A DNA stretch of 62,586 bases, filler included. It is 10 parts of 10 records of this genome, joined end to end, with 100 filler letters (N's around TTAATTAATTAA, not from the genome) between each part and the next. Parts side by side here need not be neighbours in the genome. Positions count along the whole stretch, not along the records: positions 19,380 to 24,791 come from SRR31147125_63110; positions 24,892 to 30,447 come from SRR31147125_63237; positions 30,548 to 36,197 come from SRR31147125_63289; 7 more parts are not named here. One strand, written 5' to 3'. A program made the translations under genes and the position numbers. A model generated the notes under the pieces. That model was not told where the DNA came from and made no database searches. It saw nothing but the letters and a program-made list of their open reading frames with translations. This document shows, in pieces, positions 20,346 to 33,449 of this stretch (positions are counted from its first letter, which is position 1; the number at the start of each line of letters is the position of its first letter).

Positions 20346-20495
20346 ATGAGAGACTTAGTCAAATTAGTTTGTACTGAATGTGGCGACGAAAATTATCACA
20401 CAACAAAAAATAAAAAAACTCATCCTGGACGTTTAGAGATGAAAAAATATTGTCCACGTTTAAGAAAGTACACACTTCACCGTGAAAAGAAATAA
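20346..20495 (+). CDS. rpmG: 50S ribosomal protein L33
   Basis: Below ORF-track cut-off; [57 protein letters not shown]. Confidence 0.96.
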   Translation: MRDLVKLVCTECGDENYHTTKNKKTHPGRLEMKKYCPRLRKYTLHREKK

Positions 20496-20520
20496 GCTAT
20501 TCTAAGAATAGTTTTTTTTC
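20495..20520 (+). terminator. Probable rho-independent terminator after rpmG
   Basis: CTATTC-taa-GAATAG hairpin followed by T8. Confidence 0.55.
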
Positions 20521-20542
20521 TATCTTTTTTTAGGAGACTTAT

Positions 20543-21073
20543 ATGCAAGGATATGTCGTATTACTTCGAGGCATAAATACAGGAAAATTAAATATAAAAA
20601 AAGACGAAATTAAAGCTTTGCTTTCTTTGCAAAACTTTAATGATTTTTTAGTCATAGGTCATACAGGGAATATCATCATCTATACTGATTTATCAATAGA
20701 TGAAATAAAACAACGCATGTCAGATGCACTAGAAAACTTTTTTGGACAAAGTATATGGATGCATATACGAACTGTTGATGCTCTTAAAAATATGAAAGCA
20801 TTGATAAAACCGATAGCTGAAGGTATGCAACACTATATAATCTTTTGTGAAGAAGATGCAAAAGATGCCTTGTATGCATATTATCAATCCTTGTCACAAG
20901 ATATAGAAGAAGTCTATGTTATCGGCAACGATCTTTATTGGATGACACCAAAAGGGTATACGTTAAAAGGATTTGGTAAAATAGCACTAGGTCGCGCAAA
21001 ATATAAAAAAATAGTGACATCTAGAAACGTCAATACTATACTAAAAATCATTGAGGCTCTTGAAAATGATTAA
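20543..21073 (+). CDS. DUF1697 family protein
   Basis: YVVLLRGINTG, HTGNII, TSRNVNT motifs. Confidence 0.85.
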   Translation: MQGYVVLLRGINTGKLNIKKDEIKALLSLQNFNDFLVIGHTGNIIIYTDLSIDEIKQRMSDALENFFGQSIWMHIRTVDALKNMKALIKPIAEGMQHYIIFCEEDAKDALYAYYQSLSQDIEEVYVIGNDLYWMTPKGYTLKGFGKIALGRAKYKKIVTSRNVNTILKIIEALEND

Positions 21074-21686
21074 AATGATTAAAGGAAATGATAAGTTTTC
21101 AAATACTTATGTCATATGTCGCTTTGATCAATGTGTAGTCATTGATCCATCGTATCATCTTGATGAAATTATGCAAACGATAGATAACAGAAGAATCATA
21201 GGTATACTGTTGACACATGCCCATGATGATCATATGGATCTCATTGGTTCATTTGAGTGTCCAATTTATATTCATAAAGATGACGCATATTTATTGTTTG
21301 AAGACCGATATAATGGTTATCAAGATAGAAAACGTCCATTTCATAAAAAAGATCTTCAACTCGAATTAATCGAAGATGGTTATAAAATTCATATCGCTGA
21401 TCATTATATAGAAACCATGCATACACCTGGGCATACAAAAGGTTCATGTTGTTATCTTTATCAATCACATGTATTTACAGGGGACACTTTATTCAAAGCA
21501 TCTGTAGGTAGACATGATTTATACTCTGGTTCACTGCCATCATTAAAACGAAGTGTCTTAAAAATTATGAAGTTAAACAATCAGGTGCGTCTATATCCAG
21601 GACATGATGAAAAGACTGATGTAAGGCATGAGAAAAAACATAATCCTTTTTATATCAAATGGTATAAACAATTTCATAAAAACTAA
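21066..21686 (+). CDS. MBL-fold metallo-hydrolase (glyoxalase II-like)
   Basis: THAHDDH, HTPGHTKGS, FTGDTLF, YPGH. Confidence 0.92.
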   Translation: MIKMIKGNDKFSNTYVICRFDQCVVIDPSYHLDEIMQTIDNRRIIGILLTHAHDDHMDLIGSFECPIYIHKDDAYLLFEDRYNGYQDRKRPFHKKDLQLELIEDGYKIHIADHYIETMHTPGHTKGSCCYLYQSHVFTGDTLFKASVGRHDLYSGSLPSLKRSVLKIMKLNNQVRLYPGHDEKTDVRHEKKHNPFYIKWYKQFHKN

Positions 21687-21709
21687 GAAGCATGTATGCT
21701 TCTTTTTTT
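21685..21709 (+). terminator. Rho-independent terminator
   Basis: AAGAAGCAT-gt-ATGCTTCTT followed by a T-run. Confidence 0.7.
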
Positions 21710-21745
21710 ATGAATCATGGGATAAATTTCATAATTTATAAAAAA

Positions 21746-21819
21746 ATAGCACATTAAACTTGACAGTGCCAAATAAATGTCATACAATGATATTGGCACA
21801 AGATAAAATAGAGTGCTAA
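21746..21819 (+). promoter_or_regulatory. hrcA promoter with two CIRCE-like operators
   Basis: ATAGCACAT-N9-CAGTGCCAA (21746-21772) and TTGGCACAA-N9-GAGTGCTAA (21793-21819); TTGACA(21760)-17 nt-TACAAT(21783). Confidence 0.88.
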
Positions 21820-21831
21820 AGAGGTGAAGTT

Positions 21832-22844
21832 GTGTTAACAAGTCGTCAAAAACTCATATTAAAAGCGATTATTGAATCATATGTTAAAGATGCACTACCT
21901 GTGGGGTCTAAGTACTTAACAAGTCTACCTTACTTGAAATTTTCAAGCGCAACATTAAGATATGACATGGCACTTTTAGAAGAATTAGGCTATTTAGAAA
22001 AAACGCACACTTCAAGTGGACGTGTACCATCAGAAAAAGGTTATCGTTACTATGTAGAACATCTAGTGACAAGAGATACTCATGTCACAGAAAGTTTTCC
22101 ATTGATTGATGAAATCTTTTTGAAAACAAAATGGCAAAAGAACAAGCCATTGAAGAAGCAATCTCTTTACTCAGTGATCTGACCAATTATACAGCGATGG
22201 CAGTTGGTCCAAAAGCATCAAAATCAAAAATAAAACGTATTGATTTTGTGCCAGTTGGAGAATCTGCTGCAGTGATATTAATTGTTACTGATCAAGGACA
22301 TGTGCAACATCAACATATTGATATCCCTGAAACAACAACACTTGCAAATGTTAAAGAAGTGATTAAATCCCTAGATGATTTATTAAGAGATAGAACCATT
22401 GAAGATGCAAAAACAATTTTAGAAAACACATATTCTAAAAAAGAAATCGGATCTTACATGGCATATCAAACACATATTCTTAATTCATTTATTCAAGCAT
22501 TTCAAAAATTTGCAGAAGATAATTTTTATTTATCAGGTATGACGAATGTCTTTGAACAACCAGAATTTCATAATGTTAAAAATATAAAGAACTTTGTTGA
22601 TATGTTAGATCGTCGAGAAATTGTCAAACTGATAGGTAACGAAGATAGTTTATCCATTAGATTTGGTTCAGATCTTCAATTAATTCCTATGGATAATTGT
22701 ACAGTTATTTCTATTCCTTATCGCATTAGTGATTCGGAACACGGTACAATTGCAGTTGTAGGACCCACTCGTATGGCTTATAACAAAGTCATCCCGCTTG
22801 TTGAATATATCGCAAGCAACCTCGCGAAATTATATAAAAAATAG
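21832..22844 (+). CDS. hrcA: Heat-inducible transcription repressor HrcA, split by a probable sequencing frameshift near 22120
   Basis: [43 protein letters not shown] in the first [12 protein letters not shown] in the second. Confidence 0.93.
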
Positions 22845-22855
22845 AAGGTGAAATC

Positions 22856-24791
<1,936 letters not shown>

Positions 24792-25285
24792 NNNNNNNNN
24801 NNNNNNNNNNNNNNNNNNNNNNNNNNNNNNNNNNNTTAATTAATTAANNNNNNNNNNNNNNNNNNNNNNNNNNNNNNNNNNNNNNNNNNNNATTGTTCTC
24901 AGAACATCTCCCGAATTTTTCTCTACCAAAATCATAAAAAGGATAGTTTTAAAAAATTAATCTGGAACCCCTAATAAATAAAAAAAGCACACCGATGGCT
25001 ATAAAATCTACCCTGTTAGCGTGCTTTTTGTGTTATCATTTTAGTCCCCTGAAAACAGATGTTATTTTTTTCACTCGGTATATTAAAACTGCTTGAAAAA
25101 ATATCGTGATAAACGTATTATAAAACAAGAAAGATATAAATTGTAATTATAATACGCCATATATGGCGAATGGTTCCAATTTTGTCTATATAGAGCCACT
25201 CAGCGTGATACTATTGTTTTGCTCGTCTGTGTTTTTTTTACCAATCCAAACATGCTACTGTGGTCAATCCTATCAGAGCCCCCAG

Positions 25286-25312
25286 GTCATTCCGAGCGGA
25301 GTCGAGGAATCC
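25286..25312. repeat. Short REP-like palindrome downstream of mnmA
   Basis: GTCATTCCGAGCGGAGTCGAGGAATCC with ATTCC/GGAAT arms; single copy here, family resemblance from recall only. Confidence 0.35.
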
Positions 25313-25333
25313 CATGCAAAAGTAAAAAGTAAC

Positions 25334-26418
25334 CTACTTTACCGCTTTATCAATCATCCCACCCCCAACAATCCGATCGCCATCATAAAAGACCGCTGAT
25401 TGTCCCGGCGTCACAGCTGGCTGGGGTTCGGAAAATCGTATGGTCACTGTGTTGGATCCTACACTTTCAATAATGGCCGGATAGCCGGGATTATTGTAGC
25501 GGATCCGGGCAATAATGTCCATACCGGGTTTGGGATCTTTAACCGAGATCCAGTTTGTTTGATTGGCAAAAAGGCCGGAGACAAGTAAATCCTCTTTATC
25601 GCCAATGAAAATTCGATTTTCTTCAGGTTGAATCTTTGTCACATAGACAGGCCGCCCCAGGGCCACACCCAACCCCTTTCTTTGCCCGATCGTATAGAAT
25701 GGATATCCCCTGTGCTCCCCCACTTTGTTGCCCTGCTGATCCAGGATATCACCAGGGTTTATAGATTGACCTTCTTTGTCGAGAATTTCCGTGATATATC
25801 TCTGATAATTATCATCCGGTATAAAACAGATCTCCTGGCTTTCCGCTTTATGAGCCACGTCTAACCCCTTTTCCACAGCCAGGTTGCGGACATTTTTTTT
25901 TCAAATCCGCCTAATGGGAAAAGTGTTTTTGATAATTGCGCCTGGTTTAATTGCCACAAGGCGTAGGATTGATCTTTGGCCTTGTTAAGAGATGTTTTTA
26001 AAAAATAGCGCCCGGAATCCGGCTCCTGCTGAACGCGGGCGTAATGGCCTGTGGCAATAAAATCGGCACCCAGGTCCACAGCATAGTCAAGTAATTCGCC
26101 CCATTTTATTTTCACATTACACATCACGCATGGATTGGGTGTCCTGCCAGCCATATATTCACGGATGAAATCATTGACAACACATTCTTTAAAAGACTGG
26201 CGAACATCAAGTACAACGTGTTCCATACCGAGTTGCTGACAAACTGTACGCGCATCCCTGACAGCATCACTCTCACCGGGGCCATCATGGTCGAAATGAG
26301 ACATGGTTAAACCGAAAACATCGTACCCCTGATCTTTAAGGAGAATGGCAGCAACAGAACTGTCCACCCCCCCGCTCATGGCGACGGCCACTTTTTTATT
26401 CTGCTTTTCCGAACTCAT
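25334..26418 (-). CDS. mnmA: tRNA-specific 2-thiouridylase, split by frameshift at T9 run (25893-25901)
   Basis: AMSGGVDSSV, TPNPCVMCN, ATGHYA, KDQSY, ESQEICF, YTIGQRKGLG, TPGQSAVFY. Confidence 0.95.
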
Positions 26419-26423
26419 ATATC

Positions 26424-27893
26424 CTATTCCACTTTATTCTTTTGTAACCGGAAACGAAAACTGGAACCTTCATTCAGGCGGCTCTCCACAGTTATTGTGC
26501 TTCCGTGTGCTTCTACAATATGCTTCACAATGGCAAGTCCCAGGCCGGTTCCGCCCACAGAGCGGGACCGCTGTTTGTCAACACGATAAAATCGCTCGAA
26601 AATCCGTGGCAGGTGCTCCTCTGCAATTCCTCTGCCGGTATCCGACACACGAATTTCCACACTATCCCCGAGATCTTTGTAACCGACATTGACGCTTCCG
26701 CCAACCACATTATACTTTATGGCATTCTCCACCAGGTTAATAATAACCTGATTGAGTCGTTCCGCATCACCGAGGACCATGATTTTCTTTTTGTTTTCTC
26801 TGTTTTCAAGTTTTAGCTGAATATTGTGATCCTGTGCCGTGATGTTTAATTCCGCTACCAGTTTCGACAACCATGGTCGGAGATTAAATATATCAAAACT
26901 CATTTTCATTTCACCGGATTCAATACGTGATATATCGATCAAATCAGTGAGTAATTTATTCAAACGTACGGCCTGGCGATAGGCCTTGACAACAAATTTT
27001 TTCTGTGCTTTTACATTTTCCTTTTTATCCCGCAACAGGGTTTCAAGATAACCCTGTATGGCAAATATGGGTGTCCGTAGCTCATGAGATACATTTCCAA
27101 GAAACTGGCTGCGCATCTTTTCCAGTTTCCGCATCTGAACTAAATCCATGCGTAATTTGGCCAGTACGTCGTTGAGTAGTTCGGCCAGTTCGCCAATTTC
27201 ATCATTATAAATGGGTTCAAAATGAGCTTCCAGATTACCATTTTTAACGGATTCAGCCACGCTGGCAAGTTGTCGAATTGGATAGGTTAGTTTTCCTGAA
27301 ATAAAAAAAGCAAGAAAGGCTGAAATTAATAATACACCGCCGCCACCCGCAAAGATCTTCCACCTGACGTCTGCCATGACATCCTGGATCGCCTTCATTG
27401 GAATGGCCAGGCGAACAATCTCGACCTTTTTTAATAAATCTGTTTTGGGAGCATTAAATTTTTGTTTTCTGGCAGCATAAAATAAGGACTGATTAATCGT
27501 CGCACTCACCCGTTGATGTTGACCAAGATTATTTAATTTTGCAAGTTGAACTTCGGGGCGGTTTGCATGATTCTCCATGTAGGCAATCGAATCTGCCGGA
27601 ACATTTGAATCAAACAGAACGATACCTGTTGAATCAATCAGTGTTAATCGTATATGACCTGCTTTGGCAAATCCGGATACCAATTCATAATCAAATTGGC
27701 CATCAGGATGACTGAGGTCTGTGTTTGTTAAAAAGTATTCTACCTCATCAAACTGTGTCTTTAATTGCACTAATATTCGGTTCTTAAAATAGCTCTGAAG
27801 GGCATAGGTCGTTATGAGGCTGGCACCAACCGTGACAATTACAAGAAGGGATAAGATAAAAAAGGTTATTTTTTTTAAAAGAGTTAATTTCAC
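26424..27893 (-). CDS. phoR: PhoR-like HAMP sensor histidine kinase
   Basis: NHANRPEV, NVSHELRTP, IFERFYRVDKQRSRSVGGTGLGL; adjacent to OmpR-type regulator and PiT transporter. Confidence 0.82.
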   Translation of the reverse strand: MKLTLLKKITFFILSLLVIVTVGASLITTYALQSYFKNRILVQLKTQFDEVEYFLTNTDLSHPDGQFDYELVSGFAKAGHIRLTLIDSTGIVLFDSNVPADSIAYMENHANRPEVQLAKLNNLGQHQRVSATINQSLFYAARKQKFNAPKTDLLKKVEIVRLAIPMKAIQDVMADVRWKIFAGGGGVLLISAFLAFFISGKLTYPIRQLASVAESVKNGNLEAHFEPIYNDEIGELAELLNDVLAKLRMDLVQMRKLEKMRSQFLGNVSHELRTPIFAIQGYLETLLRDKKENVKAQKKFVVKAYRQAVRLNKLLTDLIDISRIESGEMKMSFDIFNLRPWLSKLVAELNITAQDHNIQLKLENRENKKKIMVLGDAERLNQVIINLVENAIKYNVVGGSVNVGYKDLGDSVEIRVSDTGRGIAEEHLPRIFERFYRVDKQRSRSVGGTGLGLAIVKHIVEAHGSTITVESRLNEGSSFRFRLQKNKVE

Positions 27894-27902
27894 AATTATT
27901 GC

Positions 27903-28595
27903 TTAATTTTCAGTTTTTAGTCTATAGCCGACACCTTTGATTGTTTCAATAAAATCAAAGTATTTCTCTCCGAGTTTTTCTCTTATTTTTCGTATATGCA
28001 CATCTATTGTTCGCTCAATAACAATGACATTTTCTCCCCAAATCTCATCCAATAAAATCTGTCGGGTTATGACCCTTCCTGGCCTCTTGGCGAGATAGAC
28101 AAGAATATCAAATTCTTTTTTCGTCAGAACAACCTGCTTGCCAGCAGCAATTACTTTATAGCTGCCAGGATCAATTTCGATATCACTGATTTTAATTTTT
28201 TTCTTATCATCATCAACAGTTCGGGTGCGGGACTTTAAGGCTTTTTTCACACGAACCAAAAGTTTTCGCAAGGCTATCGGTTTGACAATATAATCATCCG
28301 CACCCAGCTCCAGGCCAAGCACTTCATCAAATTCACTATCTTTTGCGGTCAGAAAGACAACCGGGATATCCTGTGTTTTCGGGTCTCTGCGTAATTCCCG
28401 TATCACTTCCCAACCATCCTTTTTCGGTAACATGATATCAAGAATGATTAAATCCGGTTTTACGTCGGCAGCAACCTCAAGGGCCTCTTCTCCATCCATG
28501 GCCGTTACTGTCTTGTAACCTTCTGCCTTTAAATTAAACACTAGTAGATCCAGAATATCCTGCTCGTCATCTACAACAAGTATTTTTTTTGCCAT
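27903..28595 (-). CDS. phoB: PhoB/PhoP-like OmpR family response regulator
   Basis: ILVVDDE, ILDIMLP, GADDYIVKP, RTIDVHIRKIREKL, TIKGVGY. Confidence 0.82.
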   Translation of the reverse strand: MAKKILVVDDEQDILDLLVFNLKAEGYKTVTAMDGEEALEVAADVKPDLIILDIMLPKKDGWEVIRELRRDPKTQDIPVVFLTAKDSEFDEVLGLELGADDYIVKPIALRKLLVRVKKALKSRTRTVDDDKKKIKISDIEIDPGSYKVIAAGKQVVLTKKEFDILVYLAKRPGRVITRQILLDEIWGENVIVIERTIDVHIRKIREKLGEKYFDFIETIKGVGYRLKTEN

Positions 28596-28704
28596 CTTTA
28601 TACTTTTATTATGTTAAATTTCACACTATTTTTATTAAAGTAACAATAAATTATTAAACGGTAAAGTTAAGTTTTTATAAAGTTCCAATCAAGTTTTTTC
28701 ACTT

Positions 28705-28744
28705 CTTAACAATTTCTTAACATTAACTTAATATTAAGATAACT
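28705..28744 (+). promoter_or_regulatory. Pho-box-like 11-bp-period direct repeats
   Basis: TTAACA (28706), TTAACA (28717), TTAATA (28728), ATAACT (28739), between divergent phoB and pit. Confidence 0.65.
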
Positions 28745-29056
28745 TTTATAATAGATTTTTTTAGTTAAACTTTATAAAATAAAATTTTATCCACTACTAA
28801 TTTGTTCTAATGGCATACCATGTATGTGTAAAATTTAAAATATGCGTTTTTTAATTTTAACAAATAAACTCATCAAAATCATGCTATATTTTAATACAAC
28901 CTGAATGTTATATTATTAATTTTAGAAACGAAATAATCATTGATAATAATGTAATTATTTTTTTCTTGCCAAATGAAAATCTAATGTTTGAAATTGCGCG
29001 ATACCAGTAAAAAGTGTTTTCTCAAATGACTTTTATATTAAGAGGAAAATAGTAAA

Positions 29057-30447
29057 ATGGAACTATATACAGGAATCGTTTTCTTTTTGTTTGTCCTGGC
29101 GATTGTGGATCTCATGGTAGGGGTTAGCAATGACGCGGTTAATTTTTTTAAATTCTGCTATTGGATCCAAAGTCGCGCCCAGATGGATCATCATGGCTAT
29201 CGCCAGTGTTGGAATAATGGCTGGTGTAACCTTTTCCAGCGGCATGATGGAGGTGGCACGAAAAGGCATCTTTCATCCGGATCAATTCATCATGACCGAA
29301 TTACTCGTTATCTTTCTTGCCGTTATGTTAACGGATGTCATTTTGCTTGATTTGTATAATACATTTGGCTTACCAACCTCAACAACTGTTTCAATTGTTT
29401 TTGAACTTTTAGGGGCGGCTGTAGCGGTTTCATTATTAAAAATATATCACTCGACCGGAAATTTCGCAGAGCTAACCAACTATATTAATACAGGCAAAGC
29501 ACTCGCTATTATATCAGGCATATTACTTTCCATCGTTGTTGCGTTTACGGCAGGTGCCATAATCCAGTTTTTGACAAGATTACTTTTTACTTTTGACTTT
29601 GCCAAACGCCTTGGCAGATATGGCGCCATATGGGGAGCCATGGCACTCACAACAATCACTTATTTTATCCTGATCAAAGGCTCCAAAGGAGCTTCTTTCA
29701 TGAGTGAGGATGTGGTTTTTTGGATAAAAAACAACACACAACTTATCCTCTTTCTGAATCTTGTTTTCTGGGCGATTGTTCTGCAGCTCCTGATGTTGTT
29801 TACCAAAACGAATATTTTAAAAATGATTGTTCTTGTCGGTACCGGAGCTCTGGCCATGGCCTTTGCCGCTAATGACCTGGTTAATTTTATTGGCGTTCCT
29901 CTGGCAGGATTGAATTCCTTCCTGTTGGCCATTAACGGTACAGGCGATCCTCTTAATGCCAACATGCAGGCATTGGCAGGAAAAGTTCAAACACCTACAT
30001 ATATGTTGCTCATTGCAGGTACCATTATGGTCGTAACACTTTGGTTTTCAAAAAAAGCCAAGAGCGTTACGAAAACCGAAGTCTCCCTTGGCAGACAGTC
30101 TGAAGACGGAGATGAACGATTTGATTCAACGCCACTTTCGCGGGCCATTGTCAGAATGGTCTTATCTTTATCAAAAATAATGAATCAAATCATGCCAGGC
30201 ACATTAAAAAACAAAATCAGCCATCGATTTGATCAATCCGCTTTTAAAAATGACAGCACATCCAAAGGAATACCCTCTTTTGATCTGTTACGAGCCTCAG
30301 TCAATCTGGTTGTGGCCAGCGCCTGTATTTCTTTTGCAACATCCTTAAAGTTACCACTCTCCACCACGTATGTGACATTTATGGTGGCTATGGGAAGCTC
30401 TCTTTCAGACAAGGCCTGGGGTCGTGAAAGTGCTGTTTATCGAGTGA
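29057..30447 (+). CDS. PiT family inorganic phosphate transporter, frameshift at T7 (29143-29149), 3'-truncated
   Basis: GVSNDAVNFLNSAIGS, GLPTSTT, AFAANDLVNFIGVP, LPLSTTYV. Confidence 0.9.
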
Positions 30448-30547
30448 NNNNNNNNNNNNNNNNNNNNNNNNNNNNNNNNNNNNNNNNNNNNTTAATTAAT
30501 TAANNNNNNNNNNNNNNNNNNNNNNNNNNNNNNNNNNNNNNNNNNNN

Positions 30548-31059
30548 CCGGTGATCAGCACGTCTTCCCCCACCAGATCGAATGAGAGTGCCGTGTGTGC
30601 GGCATTTCCAAATGGATCCATGATGGAGGCCACGTCGTCATCCAGGATATCGGGAACCGGATAGACATTGATCTCCGGGATCACCAACAGCTCGGTAAAA
30701 CAACCAATGCGATTCACGCCCACGCCATGGGTATCGACACAGAGATGACGCTTTCCGGCCCGGCAGCTTCGGCAGGTACCGCAGGTGATATGCCCCTCAC
30801 CAGAGACCCGCTGTCCAGGCTTGAAGTTCTTGACAGATTCCCCGACAGCCACCACCTCCCCCACAAACTCGTGACCAATCACCATGGGCGTTTTGATGGT
30901 TTTTTGAGACCAGGCATCCCAGTTGTAGATATGAAGATCGGTGCCGCAGATGGCGGTTTTTTTGATCTTGATCAAAACATCGCTGTGGCCGTAAGTGGGC
31001 TCGGGCACATCCTCAAGCCATAACCCCGGTTCCGGTTTTGCTTTGACAAGCGCTTTCAT
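30548..31059 (-). CDS. tdh: L-threonine 3-dehydrogenase, 3'-truncated
   Basis: [48 protein letters not shown]. Confidence 0.96.
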
Positions 31060-32294
31060 TGGATCACCCCCAATTCCCTGCCGACTTTTGCAAAAGCGGC
31101 AATGGCTTGATCAATGTGGGCTTTATCATGGGCGGCGGACATCTGGGTTCGGATACGCGCCTGCCCTTTTGGAACCACCGGGAAGGAAAATCCCACCACA
31201 TAGATCCCCTCTTCCAGCATTCGGGCTGCCATTTTGCCTGCCAGTACCGCATCTCCCAGCATCACAGGGATAATGGGGTGATCTCCCGGAATCAGGGTAA
31301 AGCCCAAGCTCTCCATCTTGCTTCTGAAGTAGTCGCTGTTCTCTTTCAGTTTCTTTCGAAGGTCATCGCCCTGGGTGAGCAGCTCCAGCACCTTGATGGA
31401 GGCGGCTGCAATGGTGGGGGCCAACGTGTTGGAGAAGAGATAGGGACGGGATCTTTGTCGCAACCACTCGACAATCTCCTTTGGGCCGCTGGTGTATCCG
31501 CCGGAAGCGCCGCCAAGCGCCTTGCCCAGGGTTCCTGTGACGATATCCACCCGATCCCGAACCCCGCAGTACTCAGGGGTTCCGGCGCCGCTCTCTCCAA
31601 TGAAGCCCACGGCATGGGAGTCATCCACCATCACTAAGGCGTCGTATTTATCTGCCAGATCGCACACCCCTTTGAGGTTGGCGATGATACCGTCCATGGA
31701 AAAGACGCCGTCGGTGGCAATGACAATGAATCTTACATTTTGCTCTTTGGCCGCTTTCAGCTGCACTTCCAGATCTTCCATATCGTTGTTTTTATATCGA
31801 AAGCGTTTTGCCTTACAGAGCCGAACGCCGTCGATGATGCTGGCGTGATTCAAGGCATCACTGATGACGGCATCTTCCGGTCCGAAAAGTGTCTCGAACA
31901 GTCCGCCGTTGGCATCGAAGCAAGATGAGTAGAGAATGGTATCCTCGGTGTTTAAAAACCGACTGATCTTTGCTTCGAGTTCCTTATGAATATCCTGGGT
32001 GCCGCAGATAAATCGCACCGACGCCATCCCGAACCCGTAGGTTTCAACCCCATCTTTTGCCGCTTGAATCAACTCGGTATGATTGGCAAGCCCAAGATAG
32101 TTGTTTGCACAAAAATTGATCACTTGATCCCCGCCGGTCACGGTGATATCCGCCTGCTGCTGGGATGTGATCACCCGTTCCTCTTTATACAGCCCTTCGG
32201 TACGAAGTGTTTCGGTCTGCTGCGCCAGATGCGTTAAAAAATCATTTCCCAATGGTTTTATCCCCTTTTTGATATAACTCAATTTGAATGACAA
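31056..32294 (-). CDS. kbl: Glycine C-acetyltransferase (2-amino-3-ketobutyrate CoA ligase); true start probably slightly downstream
   Basis: [49 protein letters not shown]. Confidence 0.96.
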   Translation of the reverse strand: MSFKLSYIKKGIKPLGNDFLTHLAQQTETLRTEGLYKEERVITSQQQADITVTGGDQVINFCANNYLGLANHTELIQAAKDGVETYGFGMASVRFICGTQDIHKELEAKISRFLNTEDTILYSSCFDANGGLFETLFGPEDAVISDALNHASIIDGVRLCKAKRFRYKNNDMEDLEVQLKAAKEQNVRFIVIATDGVFSMDGIIANLKGVCDLADKYDALVMVDDSHAVGFIGESGAGTPEYCGVRDRVDIVTGTLGKALGGASGGYTSGPKEIVEWLRQRSRPYLFSNTLAPTIAAASIKVLELLTQGDDLRKKLKENSDYFRSKMESLGFTLIPGDHPIIPVMLGDAVLAGKMAARMLEEGIYVVGFSFPVVPKGQARIRTQMSAAHDKAHIDQAIAAFAKVGRELGVIQ

Positions 32295-32335
32295 CGCGTT
32301 CCCACCCGTCTAATTGCCACTTGCCACCATTGAAG

Positions 32336-32794
32336 TTAAATTTTAAAATATTTGGAATTGGAATAGAGTACGATATAGGTCTCCGTAAAGGTGATCTGAT
32401 CGATCTTTCCCAATCCGTCTCTAAATATGAAATTGTTCAGATCATTGATGGAGTCGGCCATCACTTCGGCAAACAGATCGTACTTTCCCGTGGTCACCCA
32501 AACGGCATTGACACCTGAAATGGCCTGCACCTTTTTGATGGTCGCTTCATGCTCTCGATTTTTGACATTGATACCGATGAGTGCGACGACCTTGTTACTC
32601 AACTTGAACGGGTTGACCCTGGCCTCCAATTTCAGAATACCGTTTGCCATCAGCCGGTTGACGCGGTTGCTGATGGTGCTCTCCGATACCTTTAATTTGG
32701 CGGCAATGCTTTTAAATGATCTGCGGGCATCTTCCTGCAACTCTAAAATGATTGCCTGCTCCAGCTGATCCAACTCATTTTTCGGCAGTGTCAT
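32336..32794 (-). CDS. Lrp/AsnC family transcriptional regulator
   Basis: LQEDARRSFKSIAAKLKVSESTISNRVNRL HTH; TGKYDL RAM domain. Confidence 0.92.
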   Translation of the reverse strand: MTLPKNELDQLEQAIILELQEDARRSFKSIAAKLKVSESTISNRVNRLMANGILKLEARVNPFKLSNKVVALIGINVKNREHEATIKKVQAISGVNAVWVTTGKYDLFAEVMADSINDLNNFIFRDGLGKIDQITFTETYIVLYSNSKYFKI

Positions 32795-33449
32795 GACGAT
32801 ATGCTCCGGAATAAAAACGTATGAAATCGATTGTTACTGTCAATGGGAGATAAAATCGGAGATGACCCAATTTGAATACCGGCCACTATACATGCTGCTT
32901 TTTTCAGCGTCAAACAATTTTATCCAATATTTCATCCTAATAATATGCATTTCGCACAAAATTTAATATCAATTTGGATATTATCCATCTTTTTATTTTT
33001 CGCTAAAATAGCTCCCAAACTCAATCTCTACCTGGATAACATCAAAAAATTGACTTATTTTATATACAATACAAATTTTGGATTTAAATCATACTATTCA
33101 TCAGGTATTAACAATACACAAGAATTGATGTTCAAAAGAGTCAAAGTATCGCTGGCTGTAGCTGCCGTGGTGGGATCTGCCGCTTTTGGGTCTATTTTTG
33201 GGGCAATTTGGTTTTGCTCAGAAATGAAGATCTCAATGTGGAGGCGGGGCTTGCCCCCTGGATAAGGATGTTGGTATTGATGACAAATCCCTTTTCCATT
33301 TTTCACTTCTCTCTTTCAAGGCAGTTTCAATCCGTCCTTCAGCAGAGGGCCTAAAGAACCTGATGCCATCAATTTAGGGAGTTGCTCAAGATCTTCCAGC
33401 TTTACCAAATTAGAAACGCTTGAGTCGAAAACGTTCAAGGAAAAAAATA

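Noticed and set aside
32795-33449. Riboswitch or small genes (32945-33265, 33094-33306) upstream of the Lrp-kbl-tdh unit
   Set aside because: No glycine-riboswitch or T-box consensus found by eye, and the ORFs lack convincing RBS or motifs. An Rfam scan would settle it.
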